Shown in pieces: positions 23,265 to 33,385 of a DNA stretch of 64,000 nt. Each line of letters starts with the position of its first letter. The first letter of the stretch is position 1. The DNA lies in contig CBDCWP010000011.1 of assembly GCA_965223505.1 (NCBI GenBank), positions 39,077-103,076 on the forward strand, written 5' to 3'. Origin of the DNA: Planctomycetota bacterium. GTDB lineage: Bacteria > Planctomycetota > PLA2 > JAEUHO01. The translations under genes were made by a program, and so were the position numbers. The notes under the pieces were generated by a model. The model made no database searches. It was given only the letters and a program-made list of their open reading frames with translations, and had not been told where the DNA came from.

Positions 23265-25592
23265 ATGAGGCGCATGCTGCTCGTCGGATTGGCCGTACTT
23301 CTTGGTGCCGTCGGGGTGCTGTTCGTCGCGCAGCAGCCCCCCGAAGAAGACACCGACGGTCTTTCGTTGACGATCGATGACGAAGCGCGCATGCACTCGC
23401 CGCGCGCGGGACGACCGCCGGGACTCGAAGGAGGGGCCGAAGGCGCAAGCGCGTCCACGCCGGGGGATGACAACGAGCCCGTTGCCGCACCGAAGTCGGG
23501 GCCGGCCGAGGTGTTGGTGCTGTCGGCCGACACCGGAGCGCCGCTTGCGGGTGTGCGTGTGACCGAGGCAGACGGTGCGATGCTCGGGATCACCGACGAC
23601 GACGGGCTCGTCGACCTCGCCGACGTTCCCCCGGACGGCGTCGAGGTCCGCGCGACGCGGGACGGCTTTCGAGAGGCCTCGGCCCACGTCCGACCGCGCC
23701 GGCGGACCGTCGTCGAACTCATGCCCGGCATCACGGTGTCGGGACGCATCGTGCGCGCCGGCGCCGACGGCGACCCGGGCGTCGCGAAGGTGTTCGTGTT
23801 CGACGTGGACCGGCGCGAGCAGATCGCCGCCTTCGCCACCGACGCGACGGGGAGGTTCGAGATCGACGGCGTTCGGCCGAATCACCCCTTCCTGACGGTC
23901 GTCGAGCTCGAGGATCTCGTTCCGCAAACCGTGCGGCTGCTGGCGGACGCCGCGACGACCGACCTGGAGGTCGTCGTCGGTGCGGGCGCTCGCCTTTCGG
24001 GGCGGGTGCTCGACGCGCAGGGCAGGCCCTGGCCCGACGTGGAGGTGCGTCTGCTCCCGAAGGGCGGGCTGTTGTTCGAGAACCATCGCTCGCCGTCCGA
24101 CGTCACGCCGGGCGAACGAGCGCGCATCGCCGCTGCGACGCCGGTGACGCGGACCGACGCGCACGGCCGCTACGCCTTTGCCGGCATTCCGTTGCACTGG
24201 ACGTTCGAGGCGGTCGCGGTCCTCGCGCCGCGTTGCGAGGCGCGAAGCGGCGCCCAACGTTTCGAAGCATCGGAAGCCCGTCGTGAGCTCGACATTCGTG
24301 CGCCGGAGGAAGCCTCGCTGCGCATTCGCGTGGAGGACGAAGATCGCGCCGTTGTCGCCGGCGTGACGCTGATCATCGACGCGGCCGGCGGGCGTTGGAC
24401 GATCCAGAGCGAGGACGAACGCACCGATGGGGCGTTGCTGCTTCGACACCTGACGCCGAGCAACGTCACGGTGACGGCGGCTCGGCCGAGCGCGCCGACG
24501 CGCAGCGAAACGGTCGAGCTCATCGAAGGCCGGGAAGCGAAGGTGACGATCGTGTTGCCGAATGGAACCGTCGTTCGGGGGCGGGTGCTCGACAAGCGCG
24601 GCAACGTGATCGCGAATGCGCGGGTGAGCTGGGCGGGTTCCGATGAAGAGGACCGGGTCGAGGTCCGTTCCGGCGAGAGCGGCAAGTTCGAGCTTTCGGG
24701 CATCACGTCGCCTACCGGCACGCTCCGGATCTCGGCGCACGACGAGCTCCACGGTCGGTTCGGCTTCGAGACGCTCGTCTTCGAAGACTTCGTTCCCGGC
24801 GGCCGGCCGCTGGAGGTCATGCTCAAGGACGGCACGCGCGTCGACGGTGTCTTCAAACAGCTGCCCGAAGGCGCGCAGGTCGTCGGAGGACTGCTCGGGA
24901 CCGACGAACGGCGCCTCGACCTGGACGCGGACCTGCGCTTCGTCTGCCGCGGCGCGCCGGCCCGCAAGAGTGGCATCTTCGTATTCCGCACGCGCGGATT
25001 GCCGCCGTTGTTCCGCAGCGAGCGCGTTCCCTTCCGCAGCGAAGAGCGCCGTTATCTAGGCGTGCTCGAGTTCCTTCCCACGAATCCGCGCAAGGGCAGG
25101 GTGCTCGACGAGCACGGCGACCCCGTCTGGGGGGCGAAGGTGACGGTCCAACAACGCTGGTCCGTTGCGGCACGGCGCACCGATCGACAGGGGCACTTCG
25201 AGTTCGAGAATCTCCCACCCGCACGGGTCCTGATCCGCATCGTGGCCGAGGGCTACCCACCGAGCCTCGGCATGTTGGGAACGCACAGCGAGTTCGAGCG
25301 CGCGGATTACCAGATCCGGCCCGACGTCCAAGTGCGATTCCGCATCCTGGGCGAGCGCGCAGAGCCGCTCGGTCGTGCGGACGTGAGCGTCGCGACGATG
25401 GGGGCCGAGCCGAAGCTCGTTGGGCGCCGTCGGACCGATCGCGAAGGGAACGTGCACTGGTGGTTGCGGCCCGGGCGGTATCGGGTGTCGACGAAGGTGC
25501 TGTCGACCACCGGCACGAAGCGCAGCAGCGAGGAGGTCGTCGAGGTGACGACCGACCACTACGTCCAAGACGTCGAGCTCCGGATCCGATAG
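23265..25592 (+). CDS. membrane-anchored carboxypeptidase-regulatory-like domain repeat protein
   Basis: N-terminal TM; repeated LSGRVLD..G.P...V...TD..GRF units. Confidence 0.8.
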   Translation: MRRMLLVGLAVLLGAVGVLFVAQQPPEEDTDGLSLTIDDEARMHSPRAGRPPGLEGGAEGASASTPGDDNEPVAAPKSGPAEVLVLSADTGAPLAGVRVTEADGAMLGITDDDGLVDLADVPPDGVEVRATRDGFREASAHVRPRRRTVVELMPGITVSGRIVRAGADGDPGVAKVFVFDVDRREQIAAFATDATGRFEIDGVRPNHPFLTVVELEDLVPQTVRLLADAATTDLEVVVGAGARLSGRVLDAQGRPWPDVEVRLLPKGGLLFENHRSPSDVTPGERARIAAATPVTRTDAHGRYAFAGIPLHWTFEAVAVLAPRCEARSGAQRFEASEARRELDIRAPEEASLRIRVEDEDRAVVAGVTLIIDAAGGRWTIQSEDERTDGALLLRHLTPSNVTVTAARPSAPTRSETVELIEGREAKVTIVLPNGTVVRGRVLDKRGNVIANARVSWAGSDEEDRVEVRSGESGKFELSGITSPTGTLRISAHDELHGRFGFETLVFEDFVPGGRPLEVMLKDGTRVDGVFKQLPEGAQVVGGLLGTDERRLDLDADLRFVCRGAPARKSGIFVFRTRGLPPLFRSERVPFRSEERRYLGVLEFLPTNPRKGRVLDEHGDPVWGAKVTVQQRWSVAARRTDRQGHFEFENLPPARVLIRIVAEGYPPSLGMLGTHSEFERADYQIRPDVQVRFRILGERAEPLGRADVSVATMGAEPKLVGRRRTDREGNVHWWLRPGRYRVSTKVLSTTGTKRSSEEVVEVTTDHYVQDVELRIR

Positions 25593-25634
25593 GCAGAGAC
25601 CCATGTACGCCGTGGCGCCGTTGCGTCGCCGCCG

Positions 25635-25814
25635 GTCCCAAACCGTGCAGAGCCCACCGGCCAACGTGACGAGATCCGATTCGCCCGACAGGAAGCGGAC
25701 GGTCCATACGTCGTCTCGGTGCGGCAGCGTGTAGAGCAACGTGCCGCTTGCCTCGTAGACCCGGGCGTTGTTGTCGTCGCAACCCGTGGCAACACGTCCA
25801 CTTTCGGGGTGTAC
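25635..25814 (-). pseudogene. orphan WD40-repeat gene fragment
   Basis: VHPESGRVATGCDDNNARVY...LPHRDDVWTVRF..DLVTLAGGLCTVWD with no credible start, colliding with the convergent gene. Confidence 0.55.
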
Positions 25815-25872
25815 GTCCTCGGGACTTCCGCTCGGCAATCTCCAAGCGGCCGGCGGCGGGGCGTTCAGGCGT

Positions 25873-26235
25873 CTAGACTTCGTGTTCCGTGGCGATGAAT
25901 GCCGTCGACCGGGCATGATCGATGAACTTGGACTCGTCCTCGTGCAGGATCGCGCCCAGCTTCTGGCCTTCCTCGGAACTCATGGCATCGATGAACGCCT
26001 GCTCCGACTCGAACCAGACCTCCGCGATGCCGTCGAACTCCTGGACCATGCCCCTGGATTCGCGCAGCATCTCGTTCACCGGTGAGTCGATGGTGTGGTC
26101 CTGCACGTAGCGCTTCGCTTGATGGGTGTCGGCGAACGACTGGAAGAGGGGCGCGTGGCTGTCGCGCCAGTAGCTCTGGAACTCCTCCCGCGACATGTCG
26201 GGGTGGCGGTGAAGGCACATGACGAACTTGATCAC
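25873..26235 (-). CDS. EthD-domain protein
   Basis: RHPDMSREEFQSYWRDSHAPL, FDGIAEVWF, DESKFID. Confidence 0.85.
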   Translation of the reverse strand: MIKFVMCLHRHPDMSREEFQSYWRDSHAPLFQSFADTHQAKRYVQDHTIDSPVNEMLRESRGMVQEFDGIAEVWFESEQAFIDAMSSEEGQKLGAILHEDESKFIDHARSTAFIATEHEV

Positions 26236-26357
26236 GGGCGTCTCCTGAATCGGGATTGCGCGGTCGCCGGTGGACGCAGATCATGCAGGCGCCGTACTCG
26301 AGATCAAGTCACCCCCGCGGTGGAACGCGCTTCAGGGGCGGAAGTACACTGCCTGTC

Positions 26358-26801
26358 ATGGCTGCGAAAAAGAAGCCGCTGCTGGACGCCGGAACGAAAC
26401 CGAAGCTGCTCTCGGGCGGCAACCCCCAGATCCCCATCGCCGACGGCGACGCGCCTGTGCAGGCGTACGTCGCCGCCATGCCCGGCTGGAAGCGCGGTGT
26501 CGGTCGCGACCTGGATGCACTCGTCGTTCGTGCCGTGCCGGGCGTCAAGAAGGCGGTGCGTTGGAACTCGCCGTTCTACGGCGTCGAGGGCAAGGGGTGG
26601 TTCCTGTCGGTTCACTGCTTCACGAAGTACGTCAAGTTGTCGTTCCTCAACGGCAAGCACCTCCGTCCGCTTCCGCCGGTCGCTTCCAAGCACGAAGACG
26701 TGCGCTACTTCCACATCTACGAGGGCGACCGGGTGGACGAGAAACAGCTCACACGCTGGATCCATCAGGCGTCGAAGCACGAGGGCGAGCGGCTGTTCTA
26801 G
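26358..26801 (+). CDS. DUF1801 domain protein
   Basis: LLSGGNPQIP..GDAPVQAYVAAMPGWK, KAVRWNSPFYG, HCFTKYVK. Confidence 0.85.
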   Translation: MAAKKKPLLDAGTKPKLLSGGNPQIPIADGDAPVQAYVAAMPGWKRGVGRDLDALVVRAVPGVKKAVRWNSPFYGVEGKGWFLSVHCFTKYVKLSFLNGKHLRPLPPVASKHEDVRYFHIYEGDRVDEKQLTRWIHQASKHEGERLF

Positions 26802-26975
26802 TTGAACCGCCGCTGCCCCCGTAAGAGGCGGCCTCGACGGGTTCTTCGCACGCCGCACGCACCCAAGCGACTGCAGCGAGCGCGTCCGCCTCGAACGCAG
26901 CCGCCCCTTCGTTCGGCCTCGGGTGACGACTGGTCGATTCCGTTCGGTTCGTCGTGGCCACGCGGAGAGGAGGTC

Positions 26976-27428
26976 CTAGAAGTGGATGGAACCATCGACC
27001 TCGAGCGTGAAGGCGCCGCTCGGTTGGTTCTGGACATCGAAAGGCGCCGAGCCGGTCGCCTTGTTGAACCGCTCGGTGCCACCCGTCCACGTGAACGTGG
27101 CCTTGCCCGCTCCGGTCACGAGGTTCAGCGTGCCTTGAAACGTCGCGTGAAGCTGCGCGCCGTCCGATGCGGTGAACGTCACCGTACCCACGGCCACGCC
27201 GGACGTCGCCGACGTGGGAACGACGACCAGCGTGCCGGCGTTGGTCCACGAACCGAGATGCGTACCGGTTCCCGACGCGCTGAAGGGCGCGCCGCCTGCT
27301 GTGGGATCGCCGGCGATCTGGCCCGTGCCCGAGGCCTTGAACGGAAGCGACGCCGCCGAACCCTCGCCGCCGAGGGCCAGGACCGCCGCGACGGCGATAC
27401 AAAAGAAGAGAGAGTGTCCGAGATCCAT
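26976..27428 (-). CDS. secreted hypothetical beta-rich protein
   Basis: GAGGAG RBS, signal peptide, GTGTHLG...TGGTERFNKATGS. Confidence 0.7.
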   Translation of the reverse strand: MDLGHSLFFCIAVAAVLALGGEGSAASLPFKASGTGQIAGDPTAGGAPFSASGTGTHLGSWTNAGTLVVVPTSATSGVAVGTVTFTASDGAQLHATFQGTLNLVTGAGKATFTWTGGTERFNKATGSAPFDVQNQPSGAFTLEVDGSIHF

Positions 27429-27483
27429 GCTGGTCTCCTCGTCGATCGGGTGCTCGGCGTCGCCGTATTGCGCCGCCGCCCTC

Positions 27484-27511
27484 ACCACGCGAAACGGGCG
27501 TGCGTGTTACA
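27484..27511 (-). promoter_or_regulatory. putative ECF sigma promoter TGTAAC-N16-CGTGGT
   Basis: Identical -35/-10 hexamers and spacing to the 31875-31902 site. Confidence 0.7.
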
Positions 27512-27517
27512 TGCGTT

Positions 27518-30500
27518 TCAGCGGCCCGGGACCAAGGCGGACCTGGCGTCCCGACGCAGGTCCTCGAGTGCCGGCTCCCACGACTGCCGGGCCGCGTCCG
27601 ACGTCTTACGGGCCCGCACCTCCGCCTTCGCGTTCCACGTACGTGCGGCTTCGCCGTGGCCGAGCGCATGGGAGGCCAGCGCGAGGACGCGCAGGGACAG
27701 CTCGTCATCCGGCGCGGTCTCGACGTATGCCTGCAGCGTCTCGACTGCGGCGCCGTGGCGCCCCGCACGGAACAGCGCGAAGCCGAGGGTGCGCTGGAAT
27801 CCGCCGAACCGCGGGAACGCCGCCGCGGCCTGCTCCGCGAGCACGAGCGACTCCTTCGCGCGACGATGGGAGCGGCTGGCCGCGAGGAACCACGCGACAC
27901 GGGCCCGCAGAATGCTGTCGTTGATGCGAGCGTCTCGCCGGGGCACGTCTTGGGTCGGAATGGGCAGATCCAGGAGGATGCGCGCCGCGGGAAGGAAATG
28001 CGCCGCCGCCGTCGTTTCGTCGCCGGACTTCCAGGACATGCCCGCGAGGTGGGCGTGGGTTTCTGCCAGGCTGGTACGCGTCGCCCGAAAGCCGGGATCG
28101 ACGTGTACCAAGCGCTCCAAGGCGTCGAGCGCCTGCGTGAAGTGGGCGCGCGCCTCGGTGAGCTCGCCCTGCGCCTCGAGCGCCGCGCCAATCGCCGTTG
28201 ACAGCTGCGCCCAAGGCTCGAGGTAGAGCGCGTCTCCCGGATGCGCTTCCACGGCAGGAATCAAGCGCGCGGCTGCGCGGCGCCAGAGGTCGAGCGCGGC
28301 CTTGGCGTCCCCTTCGCGCGCGGCGGCGCGGGCCAGGCGCCCGTAGAGCGACGCCAGGTTGCGTTGTGCGCGGAAGTCCGTCGCATCCTCCGCCAACGCC
28401 TCGCGCAGGTCCCTTGCAGCGTCGTAATGCGATGTCGCCGCCTCCGGGTCGCGAAGTACGAGCAGCAACTGATCCGCCGCGTGCACGTGCGTCACCGAGA
28501 GGTTGCCTCGCGCGCTTCGATCTCGGGGAAGAGCTGCGACGAGGCGCTCGTCGGCCTCGATCGCCGCGCGCAGATGTCGCTTCGCGTCGTCCGTTCGGCC
28601 GCTCCGTGCCGCGATGCGCGCGAGCACGAGCTCGAGCGTGGACTCGGCACGCCCTCCGGCCCCGGCGGGGCGTCGCGCTCGCCATCCCGCCGCCACGCGG
28701 GCGGCCTCGCGGGCGAGTTCGTCCGCGGCCTCGATGCGGTTTGCGTCCAGGGCCACGCGCGCCCGGGTGTAGGCGAGGGCCAGCCAGCCATCACGCGTGT
28801 CCTGGTGGCTCGGGCTCGCTTCCAAAAGCTCGTCGGCGAGCGCGATTCCGCGTTGAGCGATCCGGTCCGCGGTCTCCAGGTCACCCAGGGCGTACTCGGT
28901 CTCGGCGAGCTGACGCAGGAGCCGCAACCGGAGGAAAGCATCGCGCAAGGGCCGCCGTTCCTCGTCCGCCAAGGCGTCCTCCTGTTCGAGCGCGTCGCGC
29001 AGCACCACGCGCGAAGACGTCACGTTGCCGAGTTGACGTAGGAACGCGCCGAGCGCCAGCGCGCAGGAGGTCACCGTACGCGTGGCGTCGGCCTGTTCGC
29101 CGGGCGTCGATGCGTACGAGGCGAGCGCCGACTCGGCGACCCGCAAGGCCCGTTCGTGTCCCCGCCGCGCGTCCGCCGATCGGCCAACGTGCTCATGAGC
29201 CGCAGCCACGACCCGCATCGCATCGGAAAGGTGCAAGGCCGCCGAGAGCCGCTGTCGGCGATCGCCGGCGGCGGCGGCCGATTCGACTCCGGATCGCGCC
29301 GCATCGAGTGCGTCGGCATACGCTCGCTCTGCGTCCGCCATCCGCCCGCCGAGGACGTGCGCGTCTCCGAGACCGATGCCGGCCTCGACCAGTACGGCAC
29401 CGTGCGCGGGCTCGTCCGGCTCCCTTTCGTGCAACGCGCGCGACAGTGCGAGTGCGCGTTCGAAATAGCCACGTGCACGATCCGTCTGACCTGCGAGCAG
29501 GTGAATGGAGCCCAGCAAGCGATGCGCCCGGGCCCGTGATCGGTCGACATCCGAGGCTTGATCGGCGTGCAGGCCCAGGTCGTCGAGCTGTACGAGAGCC
29601 CGCTCGAGCAAGGACGTACGGAGCCCCGTGGAACCGGGCGCGTCGGCGGCCAGCTCCTGCGCGTCGCGCACGAGCGACTCCAGGGCCGCCAGCGCGACCT
29701 CCTCCCTGTCCGCGGCCAACGCGCGAGCAGCCACCGCCTCCGCGCGCTGCTCCTCCTTGAGTTCCACCTGCTCCAAGATGACCTGGCGGCTGTGCACCAG
29801 GCCGATGATGATGGCGACGCCGCCGATGAGCGTGGCGGCGGCCGCCGACAGGACGGCCGCGCGATGTCGCCGCGCGAGCTTGCACGCCCGTTGCCACAAG
29901 GAGGGCCGCCGGGCGCGAATGGGCCGGTCGTCGAGGAATCTCTGCAGATCTTCCGCCATTGCGCCGGCCGTCGCGTAGCGATCGGCCGGTTCCCGGCACA
30001 GCGCCTTCGAGAGAATCGTGTCCAGGTCGATCGGCATGTCGGGGCGCAGACGTCGCGGCGGCCTCACCTCCTCGTGCGCGACCTGGCCGAGAAGGGTCGG
30101 CCGGTCGGCGCCGTCGTGCACGGGTTGTAGTGTCAGCAACTCGTAGAAGGATGCCGCGAGCGCGTAGACGTCCGCTCGATGGTCGATCGGCGCCGTGCCC
30201 AGCGCCTGCTCCGGGCTCATGTAGCGCAGCGTGCCCAACAGCTCGCCTGTTCGAGTCAACCCCGCGCCGCCGTGCACCTGCGCCAGTCCGAAGTCCGTCA
30301 GCCAGACGTCCCCCTCGAGGTCGAGCATCAAGTTCGCGGGCTTGACGTCTCGATGGATGACGCCGCGTTCGTGCGCGTATTCCAGTGCCTCGGCGACGTG
30401 GATCATGAGGCGCGCCGCGGTGCGGTAGAACGTGCGCGCCGCCGCCGAGGTACCGCCGACTGCGCTGAGCGAGGGAGCCGACGACGTCGTCGAACCATCC

Positions 30501-31129
30501 TGGCCATCATCCATCGACCAACCGGCGGCCGTCAGGGACAGCGAGGCCGCGTCCGTCTGTGTCGTGGACCGCCCTGCCAGGTCGCGCAGTTCGACGATCA
30601 GGTCTGCGAGCGTTCGGCCCTCCACGAACTGCATGGCGTAGTAATGCACGCCGTGTTCGATCCCCGTCGCGAACACGGGAACGAGGTGCTGGTGGTGCAG
30701 GCTGGCGGCGGCGTGCATTTCGTTCCGAAACCGCTGTAGATGACGGGGCTCGAGCGCGGAGAGCGTCGGCAGCACCTTCAGTGCGACACGCCGTCCAAGC
30801 GTGATCTGTTCGGCCTCGTAGACGATGCCCATGCCGCCGCGTCCGACTTCGCGCAGGATGCGGAAGTCGCCGAGCCGCTCCGGGTGCGGTTCTTCGGAGC
30901 GGGGGTTGGGCGGGTCTGACTGCCGATCGCCGCCCAGCGCTGCCAATCCGTCCATCATCGGCAAGAGCGCGCGCACCTCCTCGGCGTGCGGGTGTCCATC
31001 GAGGTAAGCGCGTAGCGCCGAACCGCCACCCGCCTCGTAGCGCCGCAGCGCGTCTTCGAGCGCGTCCGCGACGTCCGACTCGACGTCGTCGGAGGCCGTC
31101 TCGCCGAGGGGATCGACGTCCGAGCTCAC
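27518..31129 (-). CDS. Hanks-type Ser/Thr kinase, one TM helix, C-terminal TPR region
   Basis: GRGGMGIVY, VALK, HRDVKPAN, TDFGLA, GTLRYMSPEQ; start overlaps the ECF stop (GTGA). Confidence 0.92.
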   Translation of the reverse strand: MSSDVDPLGETASDDVESDVADALEDALRRYEAGGGSALRAYLDGHPHAEEVRALLPMMDGLAALGGDRQSDPPNPRSEEPHPERLGDFRILREVGRGGMGIVYEAEQITLGRRVALKVLPTLSALEPRHLQRFRNEMHAAASLHHQHLVPVFATGIEHGVHYYAMQFVEGRTLADLIVELRDLAGRSTTQTDAASLSLTAAGWSMDDGQDGSTTSSAPSLSAVGGTSAAARTFYRTAARLMIHVAEALEYAHERGVIHRDVKPANLMLDLEGDVWLTDFGLAQVHGGAGLTRTGELLGTLRYMSPEQALGTAPIDHRADVYALAASFYELLTLQPVHDGADRPTLLGQVAHEEVRPPRRLRPDMPIDLDTILSKALCREPADRYATAGAMAEDLQRFLDDRPIRARRPSLWQRACKLARRHRAAVLSAAAATLIGGVAIIIGLVHSRQVILEQVELKEEQRAEAVAARALAADREEVALAALESLVRDAQELAADAPGSTGLRTSLLERALVQLDDLGLHADQASDVDRSRARAHRLLGSIHLLAGQTDRARGYFERALALSRALHEREPDEPAHGAVLVEAGIGLGDAHVLGGRMADAERAYADALDAARSGVESAAAAGDRRQRLSAALHLSDAMRVVAAAHEHVGRSADARRGHERALRVAESALASYASTPGEQADATRTVTSCALALGAFLRQLGNVTSSRVVLRDALEQEDALADEERRPLRDAFLRLRLLRQLAETEYALGDLETADRIAQRGIALADELLEASPSHQDTRDGWLALAYTRARVALDANRIEAADELAREAARVAAGWRARRPAGAGGRAESTLELVLARIAARSGRTDDAKRHLRAAIEADERLVAALPRDRSARGNLSVTHVHAADQLLLVLRDPEAATSHYDAARDLREALAEDATDFRAQRNLASLYGRLARAAAREGDAKAALDLWRRAAARLIPAVEAHPGDALYLEPWAQLSTAIGAALEAQGELTEARAHFTQALDALERLVHVDPGFRATRTSLAETHAHLAGMSWKSGDETTAAAHFLPAARILLDLPIPTQDVPRRDARINDSILRARVAWFLAASRSHRRAKESLVLAEQAAAAFPRFGGFQRTLGFALFRAGRHGAAVETLQAYVETAPDDELSLRVLALASHALGHGEAARTWNAKAEVRARKTSDAARQSWEPALEDLRRDARSALVPGR

Positions 31130-31746
31130 TCCGTTCGCTCCGGCACGTCGAGCGCGACGCGGAGGCGACGCAGAGCGCGCAGATGGCGAACGCGGACAGT
31201 GCCCTCGGCGGCGCCCACGACAGCCGCGATCTCGGCGGTGTCCATGCGTTCGAGATGCCTCAAGACCAAGACCTCTCGATCCAGCTCGGGCAGCTTGGCG
31301 AGCGCAGCGCGTGTGCGTAGCAGCATCTCCTCCCGCAGCGCGTGCGCGCTTGGACTCGTGCCGCGGGCCAGCAACTGCGCCGCGAGGCTGACCACGGATT
31401 CGTCGGGCAAGCGACCGACGGGTCGGGCCTCACGTGCAACGCTGCGCTTCTTCGCCTTCAGGTGACGGCGATGCAGATCGATCAGGCGATTCCAGGCGAT
31501 CTGTCGCAGCCACGGATAGAACGGAATCGGCCGATCTCGAAGGTACGCCGCCATCTTGCCGTAGGCGTCGGCCAGCGCCTCCTGTACGACGTCCGACGCG
31601 TCGAGTCGACCTCGTAGTCGCCGATCCATGTGCACATCCACCATGCGGCGCAGACGCTGGCGATGGCGACCGAGGAGGGCGGTGACCGCGTTGGGATCTC
31701 CCGCTTCCACGTCGCGCATCAGCTGGGTCGTGTCTTGATCGTCCAT
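31126..31746 (-). CDS. ECF RNA polymerase sigma factor
   Basis: LDASDVVQE, FYPWLRQIAWNRLIDLHRRH, LPELDREVLVLRH, GTVRVRHLRAL. Confidence 0.92.
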   Translation of the reverse strand: MDDQDTTQLMRDVEAGDPNAVTALLGRHRQRLRRMVDVHMDRRLRGRLDASDVVQEALADAYGKMAAYLRDRPIPFYPWLRQIAWNRLIDLHRRHLKAKKRSVAREARPVGRLPDESVVSLAAQLLARGTSPSAHALREEMLLRTRAALAKLPELDREVLVLRHLERMDTAEIAAVVGAAEGTVRVRHLRALRRLRVALDVPERTE

Positions 31747-31773
31747 GGGCGAAGGAACTCCCCCAAAGGCACA

Positions 31774-31800
31774 TACGCGGACTAGCAATCAGTCGTTACA
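31774..31800 (-). promoter_or_regulatory. putative autoregulatory ECF promoter TGTAAC-N17-CGTA
   Basis: Directly upstream of the ECF RBS and start codon. Confidence 0.6.
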
Positions 31801-31874
31801 GCCTATCTCAGGTTCGCCCGGCCGAGCGAGGGACAGCGTGCGAAGCCGCAAAGGCGAAACCGATGAGCTTTTGG

Positions 31875-31902
31875 TGTAACGGTCGCTCCGATCCGGCGTG
31901 GT
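31875..31902 (+). promoter_or_regulatory. putative ECF sigma promoter TGTAAC-N16-CGTGGT
   Basis: Upstream of the AAGGAG RBS of the 31932 gene. Confidence 0.7.
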
Positions 31903-31931
31903 TGGACATGTGGATTTCCAAGGAGTTCCCC

Positions 31932-32336
31932 ATGCATCGCATCGCCAACACCATCGTCCTCGCCCTCTTGGCCGTCGCCGTCGCGGCACCCTGTGCCGCC
32001 GCCCCCGCGACGAGTCCGTTCGCCGGAAGCTACTCGGGTCGTATCGCCACCTGGGACGCCACTCTCAGTATCGACGACCGTGGGAGCATCGCGGGTGCGG
32101 CCTCTCCGTCGTCTAGCGGGTTCTGCTCGAAGGCGACGATCAGCGGTCGCGTGACGGACGGTGGTTCGATCCGCCTCGTGTTGCGCTACACCTGCATCGA
32201 CTTCAGCCGCAGATTCCTCGGCGACACACGCGTGCGCTGGATCATCGAGGGTACGGCGTCGCTCGATGCCGAGGGCAATCTGGACGTCGACTCCAGCGAC
32301 CCGCTCGCGGGTTCCTTCACGCTCGACGCTCGCTGA
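31932..32336 (+). CDS. secreted hypothetical protein
   Basis: AAGGAG RBS, signal peptide, SPFAGSYSG, two Cys in the mature part. Confidence 0.7.
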   Translation: MHRIANTIVLALLAVAVAAPCAAAPATSPFAGSYSGRIATWDATLSIDDRGSIAGAASPSSSGFCSKATISGRVTDGGSIRLVLRYTCIDFSRRFLGDTRVRWIIEGTASLDAEGNLDVDSSDPLAGSFTLDAR

Positions 32337-32446
32337 CCTTCGGCTGCCGGCGCGATCCGGAAGGCGGATGCCTCGCGCTGCCGGTGCGGTGGGGGCGCGC
32401 CGAAACTACCCGTACGAGCGTCCCCACTGTGGTTGTCGGCCTGAGC

Positions 32447-33208
32447 CTACGAGCGCCGCTTGCGCCAGACCGAGACATGCATGCGGGACGCCCCTGTGAA
32501 CGGCGCGCGCTCCCAGCTCTCGAAGCGCGACGCCAGCTCCATGCCTGCCAGCTGTGCCATGAGGTCGAGCTCGGAAGGCCAGACGTAGCGGAACGTCCCC
32601 GAGACCTGGCGGACGTGGTCGCCGTCGATGTAGTAGTGATGAGACATCGAGAGCTGATTGGCGAAGTCGACGAACTCGTCGAATCCCAGGTGATGCGGCG
32701 AAACGTCGAACGGGCGAATCGTCTCGCCGGGCGGCAACGAACGGAGCTTGGGCACGTTGGTTTCGATCAGGAAGCAGCCGCCCGGCGCCAGGTGGGCGGC
32801 AGCGTTCCGGAAGCACGCGACCTGCAAAGCCTGCGTGCGCAGGTTCGAGATCGTGTTGAACACGAGGTAGACCAACGAGGCGTCGCTGCAGACCTGTGTG
32901 GAGGTCATGTCCCCCAAGGTGAGTGCGATACGTTCCGCGCCGGGTTTCGTGCGCAACTGCGCCAGCATGGGTTCGGAGAAGTCGATGCCGCGCACGCTGA
33001 CGCCGGCGGCGGACAGCGGCAACGCCAAGCGTCCGGTGCCCACGGCGAACTCGACGGCCGTGCCGCCGGCGGCCAGCTCGGCCAGCAGCGCGACCGCGGG
33101 CTCGATGGCCTCGGGTGTGAAACGGTCGGCGACGCCGGCGTCGTAGTTCGCTGCCACCATCGGATCCAGGTGCTGATCGGGTCGATCGACGAAGTCGGAC
33201 GTGCTCAT
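32447..33208 (-). CDS. class I SAM-dependent methyltransferase
   Basis: VEFAVGTGRLA, GIDFSEPML, GDM, LVYLVFNTISNL, HLAPGGCF. Confidence 0.9.
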   Translation of the reverse strand: MSTSDFVDRPDQHLDPMVAANYDAGVADRFTPEAIEPAVALLAELAAGGTAVEFAVGTGRLALPLSAAGVSVRGIDFSEPMLAQLRTKPGAERIALTLGDMTSTQVCSDASLVYLVFNTISNLRTQALQVACFRNAAAHLAPGGCFLIETNVPKLRSLPPGETIRPFDVSPHHLGFDEFVDFANQLSMSHHYYIDGDHVRQVSGTFRYVWPSELDLMAQLAGMELASRFESWERAPFTGASRMHVSVWRKRRS

Positions 33209-33312
33209 CGCGCCATGATGGCACGCGAGCGGCTGCCGTAGCGGCGCGACATGAGGGGCTGTCGAGGTGGCGAGACAGTGACCGGGCGAGTGCCTGACCG
33301 TTGCTCATCCAA

Positions 33313-33379
33313 TCGCTCGGATGGGTGGTCGCGGCGGGCCCCGACCACATACGCGACCCGTGATGCTGGCGGTGAGGCT
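33313..33379 (+). repeat. degenerate att-like / recombinase C-terminus scar, copy 1
   Basis: Homologous to 35902-35972 (shared GTGGTCG.GGCG, ATACGCGACCCGTG, GGCGGTGAGGCT). Confidence 0.65.
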
Positions 33380-33385
33380 TGAGAT

